Counted from the stretch's first letter, positions 22,937 through 36,460 are shown. The stretch: 64,000 nt of DNA from Octopus bimaculoides (GCF_001194135.2 NC_068984.1:10100081-10164080), one strand, 5' to 3'. Notes: a model not told the origin generated them from the sequence alone. Program-made: numbers and translations.

Positions 22937-23375
22937 CATTTACTTCCAGACAATAAGCCAGTTCTGTTCTTTCATGGCATGTCAACTTTGAACAGTTCCT
23001 GATTCTTGAGATAATCTCTCTTTCTCAAGTAGAACTGACCTTAATTACAATGTGGTAATTGCAATACATCATTGAGAGAGGGAGTTGGTTTTAATAAATC
23101 AAGAAATTATGCTGCATCGTATTTCATATATATATATATATATATATANNNNNNNNNNNNNNNNNNNNNNNNNNNNNNNNNNNNNNNNNNNNNNNNNNNN
23201 NNNNNNNNNNNNNNNNNNNNNNNNNNNNNNNNNNNNNNNNNNNNNNNNNNNNNNNNNNNNNNNNNNNNNNNNNNNNNNNNNNNNNNNNNNNNNNNNNNNN
23301 NNNNNNNNNNNNNNNNNNNNNNNNNNNNNNNNNNNNNNNNNNNNNNNNNNNNNNNNNNNNNNNNNNNNNNNNNNN

Positions 23376-23424
<49 letters not shown>

Positions 23425-23819
23425 TATACCTATACACATTCAAACATACATTATATATATATACATACACATATATGCCTATACATACACACAAACATAC
23501 ATACATATATATGTATGTACATATATGTATATAAATGTGTGTGTATATATATGTGTGTGTGTGTGTGTATAAATATGGAGGGGAGAAATAGGCGGACAGT
23601 CATACAGACATGCATGCAGACAAACTTCCACGAGTAGTAGTAGTAGTAGTAGTAGTAGTTAAACAGACGGTTATTGTTACACTGAACTCAATTGAATCTT
23701 CATTTCGATTTCAGCCAATCATAAGAAATATTCGATCGCCAGGAATCGATCGTGGAATAAACAAACTTTGACCCTCCAAAGTGATTGTCGTTTTGTTTTG
23801 CCAGAATAGAAAAAAAATC

Positions 23820-24830
23820 AATGTGGTTATTGTAGTTTAGCCACAGGTAAACCTGGATCGAGTAGAACTTATAATCAGAGGTGTTCCAACCGAGACCATC
23901 TCGTGTTTTAAGAGCGCTTAGGGCTGCATTAACGAATGCATCTTTCCCTCTGTAGTAATACGATGAAACGCGTGAATTTACTGAGATTTAGTTACTATTT
24001 CTAGCAGATCTAGCGACCATGTAGCGGTTTCCTCGTTGGCCGGCTCGAAGACTATTCTTGGTGTTGGTGTTGTTAAATAGCCCCAGGTCAGCCTCGATCA
24101 AGTAGACTTTGAATGAAATGCGTTCCAGATGTGATCATCCAGTTTTTTTTAATGCATATATATATCAGGTACTACTTCGTCTAACGAATCCCATTTTTAG
24201 TTAAGACGAGTGTGATTTGAAGGAGATTTGGTTGTTATATCCAGTACGCCGAACAGCCGCCAGGTGAGATGACAAATGACAGGTATGATACTATGTAGGC
24301 GATACCATGGACATTCTGTCATACGCAATATATTAGAAGACTGGCTGTGCAAGCCTCTCCAGTGGTCGCTTGGTCAGTAAGAAATAGCAGCCAAATTTCC
24401 TCATCGCACAACCTATTATTGGAAGCTTTGGACAATGTAATCCCGACATGCGAATTAGCAAGATGGTCACAACTGGAATCTCTTTGACCATAGATCTGTT
24501 CAGTGAGGACTGATTAGGGGCGAAACAAGAGCAGTAAATACATTTTGGACGGAGAGCCTCTATGTGGTCGCTCAGTCTGCTAAAAATGGTAGCCGAATCT
24601 CCCTCGTCGCATGAAAACAAGAGGAAGGACATTTTGGACAATGTAGACCTGATATACAAATTAGCGGGTTGGTCACAGCCAGAACGTCTTCAATCATAAG
24701 GCTTTGATCATAAGGCTGTTCAATCAGGACTGATCCAGGGCTTAAACGACAGCACTTCGGAATGAGTCAATGAAGAAGGAGCCTCTATATGGTCGTTCGG
24801 CCTGCTAAAAATAACAGCCAAATCACTTAT
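23820..24830. repeat. Cluster of about 5 degenerate family C copies in both orientations
   Basis: GTGGTCGCTC..CTGCTA(G/A)AAATAGCAGCCAAAT and reverse complement ATTTAGTTACTATTTCTAGCAGATCTAGCGACC recur; also at 2165-2265, 2600-2750, 54140-54900 and 55340-55520. Confidence 0.75.
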
Positions 24831-25197
24831 CAGACCTTGTCGCTTTAAAAATTGAGAAAAAGTACGAATTTGAAAAAAGAAGAAAATAAGATGGAATTAG
24901 TGACGTCCGAAAGTCTTGGACCATAAAACTAACTGTTGCATCGGTGATGATCTAGAGGGGTGTGGAATAAAGATTGAAAACCGAGTGAAGAATACTGATT
25001 GTGAAACTGTTTCAATATGTTTGTGAAGTTGAAGAATTACGCATTCATCACTGCTAAAGATTTGGAATAATGGGGACTAAGAAATAACGTTGAAAATATG
25101 ACAAAATTGGGAATTACATTTAATAGGGGTGGGAGATGTACCGTAAATGACTCACTTATATTGATGAGGTAAAGGTATATGCGAATATATATAACAC

Positions 25198-25246
<49 letters not shown>

Positions 25247-25369
25247 AAAATGGTTAGATGTTTATGAACAAGTTTTTATATAAACAAAAGACAGGTGAAA
25301 ATACACGAAAACATTGACAATTATTGTAATCCTTTAAGACATACAAAAACGGGAGTAACATTTCATTTA

Positions 25370-25640
25370 AATGCATATATATGCACACATATATATGTGC
25401 ATATACAAATATATATATACATATATATATATACACAAATATACATATACATATATATATATACAAATATACATATACATATATATATATACAAATATAC
25501 ATATATATATATACAAATATACATATACATATATATATATATAAGTATATATATATGCACATATATACAAATAAGTACCTACATGTAGATACATATATAT
25601 GCATGCACAAATATACATATATAGGCACAATATATATGCG
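25370..25640. repeat. TA-based minisatellite (ATATATATATACAAATATACATATAC-like units)
   Basis: Visible directly. Confidence 0.9.
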
Positions 25641-26789
25641 CGTGTATACGCGCACGCTTTGGAACTAAGACTTTGGTACTTTGTACAAAGATGTATTTTC
25701 ATTGCATAATTTATGCATTTCTTTCAGATATGCATGTTCTCTCTGTCTCCTACACACACACGCGTACGCGCATATTCTCTTCGCCTTTCTTTTGCGAAAC
25801 AACAATAATAGTATTAACAATAAAATTATACAAAATACCCCGACGCCAAGGACGGTCGGTGGAGAATAAATAGGAAAAGAGAACAGACTAGTAAACAAAA
25901 GATATACAAGAAAAACACTGGTATTTGCTACGAAAAACACAAAATGAGTAGCAAGGAAAAAAAGCTTACGGTAATGTTGGAGTTTAGAGTACCGTTTCTC
26001 TTTCGCAAAAACAATTTTCACTATGCTTGGGGAGGGGAAGTATCAACTATTTAGCAGTTCTTTTTTGCTATAGTTATTAAAAATGTGTTCGATAATTATT
26101 TATTCGTTTCACTAATCTGGTATACCATAATGTAAAAAGACTTTGATTTGCTGCAAATTATAGATATGGGCAGTGATTGAGCATTGGCTTATACGCAGAT
26201 AATGCTTCTACTCTTTGTTTAAAATTATTATTGTTATAACAATATAATATTTGTTCGTTTAAAATAATAATTATTATTGGTTTCATTCATTTCTTTGCAG
26301 GACTGAAAGGAAAGCTACTTTGTGAAAGTGAAAACGGTACGTTATACTTCGGGATTACCAAAGCTTCGTGTGGAATGTTTCAAAAATAAACACCTATGAG
26401 GAGAGGAGAGAGGAAGAGAGAGCGAGGAAAAGAGCAGGGGTTACGTAATTGTTGGAGGGAAGAATGTACAGGTGTTACAGTTAGTATAAACATTTTGCTG
26501 GGTGGAAAAGTGGCAACGAAAAGCAGGAGAAAGTAAGAGAAAAAAATGTGGTGGGGGAGGAGAAAAAAATCATTATTAAAACTAAAGAATTATGTACTTC
26601 TTTTCCGTGATTTTCTAAGTGGATTTGAAATTCTTACCTGGCAAGATCTGTCCCATACACAGTGCCAAACTGAGTGAATTACGAAATATCTATTTTAAAC
26701 ACGTCAACAGCACGAGGGCAAAAAGGGAAAACAAAAGAAGCAGGTGCTTCTTTCACGGCTGCTTAATTATTGTATCAACAAGTAGTTTC

Positions 26790-27340
26790 TCTCTCCTTCT
26801 CACTTATTCAACTCCACTCTCTCTCTCTCTCTCTCTTCTCTTTCTTCCTCCTCAACTATAATCTCTCTCGCTCTCTCGCGCTTCTTCTTCAACTATACTC
26901 CTCTGTCTCTTCCTTTTTCTCTCTCAGCCCTCTTTCAATTACAGTTCTCTCTCTCTCTCTCTTTTCTCTTGCACCTCATCTTCATCTATATTCTGTTTTT
27001 TACTTCCTCTTTCTATCTCTCTCTACCTCTCTCTCTTGCTCCTTCCTCAACTATCGTTTATTTGTCTTTCTCTCTCCCTCTCTTCCTTCTTCGTAAACCA
27101 TAGGTTTCTTTCTCCCCTTTCTTTAACCCGCTCTTCTTCGACTATACTCCTCTTTCTTTCTCTCTTGTCCCTCAACTATAGTTCACTGCCTTGCTCCTCC
27201 TCTCTCGCCTCTTTCTCAACTATAGTCCTCTTCCTCCCCTTTTCCTTTCACTCTCCCATCTGTAGTGCTCTCTTTCTCTTACTTGTTTCTTATCTCTAGT
27301 CCTCTCTTTCTCTCCATCTCACTCGTATCTGTTTTCTTTC
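26790..27340. repeat. CT-rich low complexity with recurring CTCAACTAT motif
   Basis: Visible directly. Confidence 0.85.
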
Positions 27341-27455
27341 AGACACAGCAATGTTGGAACCAAACGAAGCAACAAGTATTACTCTTAGATACCACTTCGT
27401 TATCTACATAACACTCAACTTTTACGCAAAACGTAGTCACAGTAGCATTACTTGT

Positions 27456-27534
<79 letters not shown>

Positions 27535-28449
27535 CTGACAGCTGATTTTATTGATATTAATCTAGAAACTGGCTCCTCTTTCAGCATCTGCTGTTATATA
27601 TATGTATCTCTTGTTTATTATCATCATTTTTTATATCGATATTATTTTTTTCACCCTCTATTACGTTGTACTCTCTTTTTCTCCTCACCCCTTTTTTCCT
27701 GTTAATTACATATGTACATTCTCTGCACATCTATATGATTATTTTATATAAAATGTTTTGTGCCGAATACGAAGGGCTTCTGTGACCAAGAAAAGAAACA
27801 ATTATTTTTATCCTCGTTATTGCGATTATTTACTATTAAGAATATCGAACTGTTTTGCATAGAACTGTTGTGGTGAATGAGGTTCAATGTTGCTGAGACT
27901 AACAGGAGTTGTTTCCCGCGTAATATTCCCTCCTAGGAGAGTTCAGGCGTAATTAACTAACTGAATTAATTAATTGATTGATAAAACAAATGAAGAGTCG
28001 TTTGAAATTAAATAAATTTCTGTACGATAAGATACGGATGAATAATCTAACGGTTCAGTCAATAGAACTACCTACTTAATTATAGTGAAAGCGACTGACT
28101 TTTCCCTTAACTGAATCCTCATTTAGAATCAGCTTTGGCACAGAATGACGAAGCAGTTCCATCGAATTAAAGATACAGTCTATTAGACGAGCTGTCATAT
28201 AGTTTCTCACTGTGCTTTTTCACTCACAAAACTTGGAATACCTTTCCGTCTGAATTTTTTAAAACCGAAACCATAAAATTTCGTCTGAATTTTGGGAGTA
28301 CAGGTGAAACAAGGAAACCCCTTGGGGTGAAGGTCCTACTTTCCTTGCTTGGAATTAGCGAAGTTACAGAATAGCTTGTAATTTTTTGGCAATGTTACTC
28401 TAGGTGCAATGCTGCCTTAAGGGATGAGTACACTAGGAAGCTGCCAGGG

Positions 28450-28605
28450 GCTTCGTGGATCCGAATCCAGGTAAAAAAAAAAAAAGTCACGGGGCTTTTG
28501 TCTGGATCCCATAAATTGTGACTTTTTTTCCTAACCAAAAATATTGTCATTTTTACCGTGACTTTTTCCCTGTGATTTTATTACCGGTCACCGCGGATCC
28601 AGGGA
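28450..28605. mobile_element. Small degenerate foldback element with AAAAAGTCAC sub-repeats
   Basis: TGGATCCG..AAAAAGTCACGG versus CCGTGACTTTTT..CGGATCCA. Confidence 0.5.
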
Positions 28606-29138
28606 TTCGATTCTGATCTCCGTGTGCTGTGGTTTGCTTATCAGTAAATAAGTAAGGGTTCCCTTACTTCCGTGACCTTATCTCCTTTAATCTATAACAA
28701 AATATTTTCATTGTCACACCTGACAGCTGAACTGCCCCAGGCTTCCTTCCTGTTTTGAAATAACGTCCCTCACACTCCAACCTTTAATACCAATTAGATA
28801 CCTGTCTTAAACTCCTTGGTACCGGATTGTTTTTTTCCCCCTCCATTACCAACATAGTTCGTTTGATCTAGTCTGGACTCAGAATATCTTACCTGTAAGA
28901 TATGGGGGTCTTAACTGTAAACCAACTTACCTGTAAGATATGGAAGTCTGAAATTTCATTTGGCCCATGATTTCTCCTCGCCTTACTTTCTATCTTCCCT
29001 CTGTCTTTATCACTGGTTAACCCTATCTGAATCATCAATTAGATGGGGTTGGTTGGTACATGAGTCCCTTCTTGTGCTGAATGTGAATCAGAGATCATGG
29101 TAACATTGCTTGTGAGAGGGCAGATGGTTTGTTTATTG

Positions 29139-29397
29139 AAGTGGTTCTCAACCATTTTTTTTTTTTTTCATATGGATCCCTTTGATTTCTGTTTTACTTG
29201 CACAGACCCTCAGAGCCATTCAGTGTTTAAAAAATCCTATTCTCATAATTAAATATTATTAGAAATTGTATTAAAAATTGTTTAAAATATTTTGTGCAGT
29301 GTAGAAGTATATAACCAGTTTATTGGGCATAAATTCTAACAACAAAATCTTACGTGGACCCCAAAAGGGTTATATAACCCCTGGTTCAGAACCACAG
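29139..29397. mobile_element. hAT (Charlie-like) MITE
   Basis: GTGGTTCTCAACC ... GGTTCAGAACCAC TIR; related 5' fragment at 16650-16760. Confidence 0.75.
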
Positions 29398-29924
29398 ATA
29401 CCTACCAATACGATACACGATGAATTTTCTCTACTAAGTCTCCGCAATCAAGGTTCTGTGTTGATGCTTTCGTCTCATCAGTTTTGGGGGATGTCTTCAA
29501 CTTTAAAGAATTGTGCATTTTCTTTGCTATTTGTTTAGGTTCCCAAATATGTGACTCTGTGTGGTGCAAGTGTCTTGATAACCGATGCTGGTGTGTTTAC
29601 ATCCCTGCAACTTAGCGGTTCGGCAAAATAGACCGATAGAATAAGTACTAGGCTTACAAAAGATAACTACAGATTTTACTTGTCTTGCAGACAATCCTTT
29701 CTATTATAGGCACAAGGCCTGAAATTTTAGAGGGGTCATCTAGTTGATTACATTGACCTCAGTACTCAACTGGTATGTATTTTATTCGACTTCAAAAGGA
29801 TGAAAGCAGGGATGTGCCACCTGGGTAGGCAAGGTAGGCAGTGCCTACCCTGAATAAAATAGATTGATAGTAACATTTTCCTTTTATGGCAGAATATGCA
29901 CCTAATGCAATAAAATTATGAAGA

Positions 29925-30302
29925 TGTAGGAGTGGCTGTGTGGTAAGTAGCTTGCTTACAAACCACATGGTTCCAGGTTCAATCCCACTGCATGGCACAT
30001 TGGGCAAGTGTCTTCTACTATAGCCTCGGGCCGACCAAAGCCTTGTGAATGGATTTGGTAGACGGAAACTGAAAGAAGCCCGTCGTATATATGTATATGT
30101 TTGTGTGTCTGTGTTTGTCCCCTCAACATTGCTTGACAACCGATGCTGGTGTGTTTACGTCACCGTAACTTAGCAGTTCGGCAAAAGAGACTGATAGAAT
30201 AAGTACTAGGCTTACAAAAGAATAAGTCCTAGGGTCGATTTGCTTGACTAAAGGCGGTGCTCCAGCATGGCCACAGTCAAATGACTGAAACAAGTAAAAG
30301 AG
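29925..30302 (+). mobile_element. SINE family A, full length
   Basis: Colinear with 1023-1412. Confidence 0.92.
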
Positions 30303-31429
30303 TTACTCTGATTACTATACATAAAATGCAAAATATCTTATCTTTTTTGTAGATTAAGTAGGCATAATTCGCCCCTGCCTTTCAATTTCAGTATTAAAGC
30401 TACACATAATACTGCTGTAGTACAGTACACATGCTGCGTACATTCTTACAACGTTTTCTTTATGTGCTATAAAGGCAAAAGTAAATCTGCCTTCTTGTCA
30501 GTCATTGTGCCTGTGTTTTGCTTTTTTTTTTGTGTGTGTTTTACTACATAAATGTCGCCAACTATCTACCCTGAGTAATTACAGATGGCACGTACCTGGA
30601 TAAAAGGTAAGGTTGCCCTCAGCGGAATTCAAACTCAGAAAGTAAAGACAGAAGAAATGCCACTAAGCAGCCTGATGTGCTAATGGTTCTGCCAGCTTGC
30701 AAACATAATGGTAAGAGATTAGCAAGACACAAAAGTCAGTAATATAATTGTGTCCTGTCCAAACCTAGAGTTGCTAGTATTCTGGAGCTAATGAATCTCA
30801 AATAAATGACATCTTTTCCTTGGAAACTGAGTTTATTTGCAACAACAGTAGTTAATGCATTCGCTTGGTCTCCCATGACTGAGTGTGCAGTGAACCAAAG
30901 GAGCGTGGCTGTAAACATGAAAGTCATCAAAGTACATCAAACCAATTAAGTTTACTCGATAAATACATTTTTCAATTCATGGCCATTGAAGCTAACAACT
31001 GTGGTCCTTCCACTTGGATGGTCATCTCTGACTCGGGGCTGAAATGGCACTGGACAATGCCTTTATATGCTGCCTGGCTGCTTCAAAGGATTTCAGTTGC
31101 TAACTTGAGGAGGGGCGATTCAGAAACTCTCCTTTCATCTTCTGTCACTATATTATAGAATATCAGATAAAGAAAAGAGAAATAGGAAAATGTCCAATCA
31201 ATTTTCTAATTATTTGTTTGGTTTGTGTCTTTTTTTTTCTGTTTTGTATTTTCTTTAGGCACTGCTGTGCAGTTAAAAAGCTTGTTGTGCAACCACATAA
31301 TTTTAGGTTCAATCCCACTGCACAGCACCTTGGACAAGTGTCTTCTACTATAGCCCTGGGCTGACCAATACCTTATGATAGAATTTGGTTGAGGGAGACT
31401 GTGTGGAAGCCTGTTGTGTGTGTGTGTCA

Positions 31430-31678
31430 TCCTCATCATTTAACGTCCGCTTTCCATGCTGGCATGGGTTGGATGATTTGACTGAGGACTGGCGAACCAG
31501 ATGCCTACACCAGGTTCCAATCTTATCTGGTAGAGTTTCTACAGCTGGATGCCCTTCCTAACACCAACCACTCCGAGAGTGTAGTGGGTGCTTTTACGTG
31601 CCACCGGCACGAAGGCCAGTTAGGTGGTACTGGCAACGGCCATGCTCAAAATGGTGTATTTTACGTGCCACCATATAT
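31430..31678 (-). mobile_element. RTE LINE 3'UTR
   Basis: CATCATTTAACGTCCGCTTTCCATGC..CAGCTGGATGCCCTTCC..GTGCCACCGGCAC. Confidence 0.88.
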
Positions 31679-32319
31679 NNNNNNNNNNNNNNNNNNNNNN
31701 NNNNNNNNNNNNNNNNNNNNNNNNNNNNNNNNNNNNNNNNNNNNNNNNNNNNNNNNNNNNNNNNNNNNNNNNNNNNNNNNNNNNNNNNNNNNNNNNNNNN
31801 NNNNNNNNNNNNNNNNNNNNNNNNNNNNNNNNNNNNNNNNNNNNNNNNNNNNNNNNNNNNNNNNNNNNNNNNNNNNNNNNNNNNNNNNNNNNNNNNNNNN
31901 NNNNNNNNNNNNNNNNNNNNNNNNNNNNNNNNNNNNNNNNNNNNNNNNNNNNNNNNNNNNNNNNNNNNNNNNNNNNNNNNNNNNNNNNNNNNNNNNNNNN
32001 NNNNNNNNNNNNNNNNNNNNNNNNNNNNNNNNNNNNNNNNNNNNNNNNNNNNNNNNNNNNNNNNNNNNNNNNNNNNNNNNNNNNNNNNNNNNNNNNNNNN
32101 NNNNNNNNNNNNNNNNNNNNNNNNNNNNNNNNNNNNTATATATATATATATATATTGGCTAATGCCGGTGTTGCATAATTTGGCCATTAAGTGCACCCTT
32201 CAATCATTGGGCGATATGCTGTGCTTGTGAAGAGCTGTCGAACCAAGTGAGATCATAGTTGTGACCAATGACAGTGCCGCCTGACTGACACCTGTGCCGG
32301 TGGCATGTAAAAAGCACCT

Positions 32320-33262
32320 TCCCAAGGAAAACACATTTTCCCAAATTGAGCAAACAAAATCCCGAATCAATAAAGGAATATTCTGACAAGTGTGAAAGTC
32401 TTTTGAATAAATTTGAAAGTAGATCCAAAGAAATACAAGATAACAAAATTGAACTAAGTGTTTTTGAAACACTTTTTGATATTTTGTCCTGAGAGGGACT
32501 CTGGATTCTTTATAATTAGAATTAATTGATTTGCACTCAGATAACCTAATAAAATCGAAATATAATAATAATGTCTTTATTGGACTTCTACAAATCTATG
32601 AATTCAGAGAAATTCCATGCTTTACATAAAAATGTCTTGAAATTCACATCTCCATTTTCAACAACTTACCAATGTGAGCATTTTTTTCTTTTTTTTTTCT
32701 CAAATTGAATTATGCAAAAAATCATCTTTGTACCAGATTTACTGATGAAAACCTGAGTAACGAACTTAGAAGAGCAATTTTTTCAAAGTCATGTGATATT
32801 CCTAAACTTCCAAAAAGAAGAAAAAGCTGTTTAGTCCTTCTCACTAAACAAAACCAAATTTTAATGTTAAGGTTAATTAGCTTTGATAGAATTATCGCTA
32901 GGATAAATTTGTTTAAATATGTCATTTACATATTATGTTATTTAGGTAATAATGTCATTTTTCAAAATTAAATTTGGTCAGTGCTTGATTGTTATAATTT
33001 CTCCAACATGAGGAATAGGTTCATTTTGAAAAACATAGAATACCTCATAAGTGATATAAATATCCTAAATTCAGTAGCGGAGTTAATGAAGATGTTACGC
33101 ATTAATTTAATATGTTAAACTTATCTTTATTAATGTATATCGAATTATACATAGATATATACAAGACTTACACAGATATAAGTGTTAGAACTTGTGGTCT
33201 GCCCGTGGACCTTTTTCATTGGAAATTTTTGCCCACCAGGCTAAAAAGTTTCCCCACCCCTG
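32320..33262 (+). mobile_element. hAT (SPIN/GTF2IRD2-like) transposon 3' part with decayed transposase C-terminus
   Basis: THFPKLSKQNPESIKEYSDKCESLLNKFESR..LELIDLHSD..LLDFYKSMNSEKFHALHKNVLKFTSPFSTTYQCEHFFS..NYAKNHLCTRFTDENL (hAT dimerisation-domain pattern) to about 32850; TIR AAAGTTTCCCCACCCCTG ends 33262. Confidence 0.8.
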
Positions 33263-34509
33263 GTTTAAAGAGATCTAAATTAAATTCCATCAAACTTTCA
33301 TGTTAATTTATATTCCAAGTACCAACTTCATGATGATAATTATTCTACTCAGTTCTTCATTATTTTCAAAGTTAATTGAAACAAAGACAATATATTTCGG
33401 TGAAAACATGGTAACAAAATATTTACCCTGAATAAAGAAAGAGGTCTAATGTTTCAGGCAGTATGCCCTTTATCAAGAAAAAGAAGAGAGAATTCCAAAT
33501 ATAAAATGCTCATAGAATCCTTCATTATCTTCCTGCTCGTTGTACTTGACTATCTTTAGCAATTCTTTTAGTTTGTCATAATCAATTTTCTAAAGATCTT
33601 CTCATCCTGAAAGTGATACATAAATGCCATTGTGAAGAAACCACCAATATTCAATCTGATTATTCAGTTTTGTTAGACTTAAATTGTGAAACTTAATCAT
33701 CTGAAAGAAATGTTTCATTTTTAATTATTTTTCAAAAAAAAACCCCTCTTTTATCAGTCTTTGATTTCAGTTAAAGAACCATAAAATTATTATCTTAATG
33801 AATTCTGTTCTTAATGTCAGTGAGTTGGGTGTTGGTGGTGGTAGCGGTGATGGTGGTGGAGGTAGTGTTGTTGCTGGCACTGCTGCTGTTGTTGTTCAGC
33901 TCTTGATTATCCCTGGGAAGGCCTATAATCAGAGGCTTCTCAGCCATACCCACCCCTCCTTTACTCAAGCATTGCAAATCTAGAACTGCTTCTTCCAATA
34001 TGTCCCTCATCTCCCAGATTATCATTATTGTTGTTTTTCATGACAGAAGGTAATTTCATTGAAATTTCGTTGCTATATTTAGCAGGCCGAGTGACCCCCA
34101 TGGAAACTCTCATTATTTGAATCATCACCATCACCATCACCATCATTTAACGTCCGTTTTCCATGCTAGTATGGGTTGGAGAGTCTGACAAGAGCTGGTA
34201 AGGCCAGGGCCTGCACCAGGTTTCATTGTCTGTTTTGGTACTGTCTCTATGGCTGGATACCCTCCTTCCTCACTGCAACCACCCTGCAGAGTGCACTGGG
34301 TTCTTTTTATGTGGCACCAACACTGATTAACTTGCAAGGCAAAAAACCCCGTAGCTGGGAGATTTATGTTGAATTGTGGATTGACAAAACCCTTAGAGCT
34401 TTATGGCATTTCTTATGACTCTTTATCTTCTGGGTTTGAATCCAACCAAGGCCTGCTTTGTTTTTTCATTCTTATGGGGTCTATAAAATAATGTATCACT
34501 ACAACACTG

Positions 34510-35570
34510 TAGTCATTATAATTGACTGGCCTCTTCCCACTCTTTTTCTTGGTCCATATAGTCTGTCTGTGTCACATTTTTGGTGGAGTGACCCATATCT
34601 TGTTAGCAACTTCCTTGTCTTTCTGTCTAATCTGTTTAGTTTGTCTACTGTCCATGCAATTACCTCTGCTCCATATCTAAGGAGTGAAACCGCCCAGGTG
34701 TTGATAGCTTCAATCTTATTCCGTCCATTTAATTTCAACTCAAGGATCAATCTCAGTCTGCACAAGTACCCCACCTTAAATTTTTCTGTCATTTCTTTCT
34801 CCATTAATTTCTCCATTTCCAAAATCCCCAAGTACTTATAGCTCATCTTTTCTATCTGCTTCATAACCCCCACCCCCGATGGTATCGTTAGCCCGTCCAT
34901 ACATTTGATTTTGCCTCTCTTCAAGGCTAACACACCACACTTTCTCAGTCCAATTTTCATTCTGGATATCAGCACTGAAAGTATACACCGTATCAATGAG
35001 GGAACTGACTTGGGATTCATCTTTACCATAAAGTTTGAGGTCATCCATGAATAACAAATGGTTGACATTTTGCTGGTGGCTTTTGAATACTTACCCAGCT
35101 TTTGCTTTCCTCAGAATCAAACACAGTACAAAGATCAGTGGCGATAGGCAGTCTCCTTGGAAGATGTCCTTCCTAATTTCTACTGTCCCTAAACCTCTTC
35201 CATATTCTGTCAGGTCCGTCCTCCACTTCGCCATACTTTTTCCAAGCAATCACTCAACATTCGATGCAATACCAAATAGGTTCATACATTCCATAATCCA
35301 AGAATGTGGGATCATATCATACACCTTACGATAATTGATCCATGACACGTTTACATTAGTTTTCCTCCCCTTGAAGTCTCCAAGTACAGTTTTATCTGCC
35401 AGGAGTTGATCCTTGGTACCTCTGCACTTGCAACCCTTCTGCTCATGTGGCAGGACTCCATTTTCCCCCAGATGTCCATACATTGACTCTGTGACTATTC
35501 CAGTCAATAGTTTCTACATAAGTGGCAAGCAGGATATCGGCCTGTAATTGTCTACCATATTACCTTTTTC
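34510..35570 (-). pseudogene. R4/Dong-clade non-LTR retrotransposon reverse-transcriptase fragment
   Basis: [84 protein letters not shown]; frameshifted. Confidence 0.88.
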
Positions 35571-35571
35571 G

Positions 35572-35963
35572 ATTATTATTATTATTGTTCAGTAGTTTTA
35601 TTTTTATAACGTGCTTTCACTTCACTACCGAGCGCAGCTCTGTGCGCCTTGGGTATGTGCTGTGGTTTGCTGTGGTGCTCTTATGGTTACTGTATTGAAA
35701 GTGTTTTGCGTAGGATGTGTGCTGTGCCCAGTAACGCAATTTTCTGTATGTTATATATATTTGTAAGTCCTGGTGTTTTTGTTATGTATTTGTCTGAATA
35801 TTTTTTTATTTTACCTAAGGCACCTACTATGATAGGAATTGTTTCTGTTTTTAGATTCCACATTCGAGTTACTTCTATTTCCAGGTCTTTGTATTTAGAA
35901 AATTTCTCCATTTCTTTTAGGGAAACATTGTCATCTGCTGGTATTGATACATCAATTAGAAAG

Positions 35964-35964
<1 letters not shown>
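35572..35964 (-). mobile_element. R4/Dong-clade 3' end (restriction-like endonuclease C-terminus, 3'UTR, (TAA)n tail)
   Basis: CFLIDVSIPADDNVSLKEMEKFSKYKDLEIEVTRMWNLKTETIPIIVGALG..LLGTAHILRK; flanked on both sides by ATT/TAA repeats (35572-35586, 35965-36053). Confidence 0.88.
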
Positions 35965-36004
<40 letters not shown>

Positions 36005-36159
36005 TTATTATTTTTATTATTATTATTATTTTTATTATTATTATTATTATTATTCCACGAAGGTCAACTTTGCCTTTCATCTCTTCCCCAAAATTGTTGC
36101 CCTTGTGGAAAAATTTGAAACCATTATAATTATTATTATTATTATTATTATTATTGAAC

Positions 36160-36460
36160 ATGGTCGATGCCATGTCCGCCTGACTGGCTCCCATGCTGGT
36201 GGCACATAAAAAGATCAACGAATCATGGCTGATGCTAGTACCCCTGACTGGCTCTTGTGTTGGTGGCATGTAAAAAGCACCATCCGAACGTGATCGATGC
36301 CAGGCCCACATCGATAATGGTTGGCTTTAGGAAGGGCATCCAACTGTAGAAACCTTGCCAGATCAGATTGGAGCCTGGTGCAGCAGCCGTTGGCTCCCCA
36401 GACCTCAGTCAAACAGTCCAACCCATGCCAGCATGGAAAATAGACGTTAAACAAAAAATA

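Noticed and set aside
26630-26700. Minus-strand 52-nt segment ending CCAG|GTAAGA
   Set aside because: Poor acceptor and no recognisable peptide in either open frame
31584-32230. ORFs of about 200 aa (also near 8.2-9.1, 16.1-16.5, 23.1-23.6, 37.0-37.8 and 41.8-42.3 kb)
   Set aside because: Length comes from N runs translated as X
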